Positions 62,352 to 64,000 of a stretch of 64,000 nt of DNA are shown piece after piece. The notes beneath the pieces were generated by a model. It searched no databases. It worked only from the letters and a program-made list of their open reading frames with translations, and had not been told where the DNA came from. How positions within the stretch are numbered: position 1 is the stretch's first letter; every line of letters starts with the position of its first letter. A program made the position numbers and the translations under genes. This DNA comes from an uncultured delta proteobacterium (GTDB taxonomy: Bacteria; Desulfobacterota; Desulfobaccia; Desulfobaccales; 0-14-0-80-60-11). The stretch lies in the NCBI GenBank assembly GCA_963812015.1, contig CAWETI010000002.1:1088001-1152000 (forward strand), read 5' to 3'.

Positions 62352-62475
62352 AATTACTCCGTGAGCGGTGAACAGTGAGCCGTGAGGAGGTTGTGGGCGG
62401 CACCGGCCTCCTGGCCGGTGAGACGTACGGCAGAGCAGGAGTAGGCCCACATGATCTGGTTCTCCTGCTGAGCGT

Positions 62476-62880
62476 TCACTGTTTCTTCAGGGCCGCCAGT
62501 TCTCCCTGCATCCGCTTCCACTCCAGGGCCCGCTTGATGGTGATGAGGATGGTCTCCTTGCGGAAGGGCTTGGTGATAAAATCGTAGGCGCCCTTCTGGA
62601 TGGCCTCTTCGGCGGTTTCAATGGTGCCGTAGGCGGTTATCACAATAATGGGCATGGTGGCGTCGATGGCTTTGACAATGCCGATGAGGTCGAGGCCATC
62701 CACCAGGGGCATTTTAAGATCGGTGATCACCAGGTCGTGATGACCTTCCTGGAGCAATTTGCTCACTTCCAGGGGATTATTGGTCGTGGTGACCTCATAG
62801 CCGGTCTTATCCATCAGGATCGTTTTCAGCAACCTGAGCATATTGGGCTCATCGTCAACGACCAGTATCCTCTCCGACAT
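62476..62880 (-). CDS. Single-domain response regulator (NtrC-like receiver)
   Basis: VVDDE, ITDLKMP, TAYG, TKPF. Confidence 0.93.
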   Translation of the reverse strand: MSERILVVDDEPNMLRLLKTILMDKTGYEVTTTNNPLEVSKLLQEGHHDLVITDLKMPLVDGLDLIGIVKAIDATMPIIVITAYGTIETAEEAIQKGAYDFITKPFRKETILITIKRALEWKRMQGELAALKKQ

Positions 62881-62901
62881 GTTCTCCTCCTGCTGACTTC
62901 C

Positions 62902-63999
62902 TTAAGAGATAACTGCGGTCGGTGCCGGCCCTGCCTGCTCCTGGCCGGCCGCTTCGGCCTCCGGGCCTGAAATAATGGGAAGGTAAACGGTAAACGTCGT
63001 GCCATGCTTCTCGGGATATTCATCGGCGGGGTAGCTGGTGAAGATGATGTTGCCCCCGAATTTCGTAATAATGCCGTAGCTCATGGACAGGCCCAGGCCG
63101 GTGCCTTCCCCGGTCTTCTTGGTGGTGAAGAAGGGGTCGAAGATCTTGGGTTGGGCTTCCCGGGGGATACCGTTGCCGGTATCGGTGAATTCAATGGCCA
63201 GCCGTTTGCCATCAGGGACCAGATGCGTGGTGATGCGCAGCAGGCCGCCACCTTTCATGGCATCCCGGGCGTTGTTGATCATGTTGATAAACACCTGCCG
63301 GAATTCCTGCGGGTCTCCTTTGGCCAAAGGCAGGTCCGGGGCCAGGTTGGATTCCAGGCGGATCTTTTTGGTCAGCAGGGTATTCTTCACCACCTCCAGG
63401 GTCTTTTGGAGGATGCTGTTGATATCGGATTGGGTTTCGGTGCGTTCCGGGGTGCGGGCGAAGGTCAGGAGGTTTTCGATAATTTTTTTGCACCGGAGCC
63501 CTTCGTCTTCGATGACCTGGAGGGTCTCGTGAATCTCGGGCAGGGAGTCCGTCTGTTCCAGGAGGTGCTCGGTGAATCCCAGGATCACCGTCATGGGATT
63601 ATTGATTTCATGGGCCACCCCGGCGGCCAGGGTGCCGATGGAGGCCAGTTTCTCCATGTTGATCATCCGGTCTTCAATGGCCTTACGCGCCGTGATGTTC
63701 CGGGAGATGATCTCATAGGCGAAGATTTTGCCCTGTTCGTCTTTTACGCCCACGATGCTGGTGGAAAACCAGAATTCCTGGTCGCTGATGGTCACCCGAT
63801 GGCGCTTACTCTGGACCCGGCCGGTCTCCTGCACCTCCTTAATCCATTCCAGGTGAAAGTCAGCAGATTTCGGCGCAAAGATATCATTGAGGGTGCGGTT
63901 GATGAAATCTTGGGGATTGGCCTCGACCTCGGGTTGGTGCGGAAAGGGCGAAGACGACAGGGCCTGGGCGAAAAAGTTGGCGGCGTAGCGGTTGATGGA
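62902..63999 (-). CDS. PAS sensor histidine kinase, 5'-partial
   Basis: AHEINNP, NARDA, DTGNGI, FFTTK, GTGLG; frame stays open to the window edge. Confidence 0.95.
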   Translation of the reverse strand, partial: SINRYAANFFAQALSSSPFPHQPEVEANPQDFINRTLNDIFAPKSADFHLEWIKEVQETGRVQSKRHRVTISDQEFWFSTSIVGVKDEQGKIFAYEIISRNITARKAIEDRMINMEKLASIGTLAAGVAHEINNPMTVILGFTEHLLEQTDSLPEIHETLQVIEDEGLRCKKIIENLLTFARTPERTETQSDINSILQKTLEVVKNTLLTKKIRLESNLAPDLPLAKGDPQEFRQVFINMINNARDAMKGGGLLRITTHLVPDGKRLAIEFTDTGNGIPREAQPKIFDPFFTTKKTGEGTGLGLSMSYGIITKFGGNIIFTSYPADEYPEKHGTTFTVYLPIISGPEAEAAGQEQAGPAPTAVIS

Positions 64000-64000
64000 C

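Overview
GC-rich bacterial chromosome segment; gene content suggests an anaerobic Desulfobacterota/deltaproteobacterium (inference only). Left part (0.6-11.6 kb): a branched-chain-type ABC transporter / phenylacetate-CoA ligase / ACT operon. Middle (~11.7-35.3 kb): a decaying accessory island anchored at tRNA-Phe. It holds an inactivated tyrosine integrase, a leaderless XRE regulator, metabolic cargo flanked by two inverted non-coding modules, and a complete IS1595-family (ISNwi-like) element carrying an uncharacterised large protein + PIN nuclease pair. Right part: housekeeping and signalling genes (Ser/Thr kinase, msrAB, yihA, plsC, RNase J), a CusCBA-type efflux system, and a PEP-synthase-like/two-component cluster. 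The strongest signal is an intact IS110 element (58482-59668). Its left non-coding end folds into a bridge-RNA-like structure whose two internal loops match this copy's own target site and donor junction almost base for base, and circularisation would create a TTGACA-17-TATGTT promoter. All family assignments come from motif recognition by eye, not database searches.
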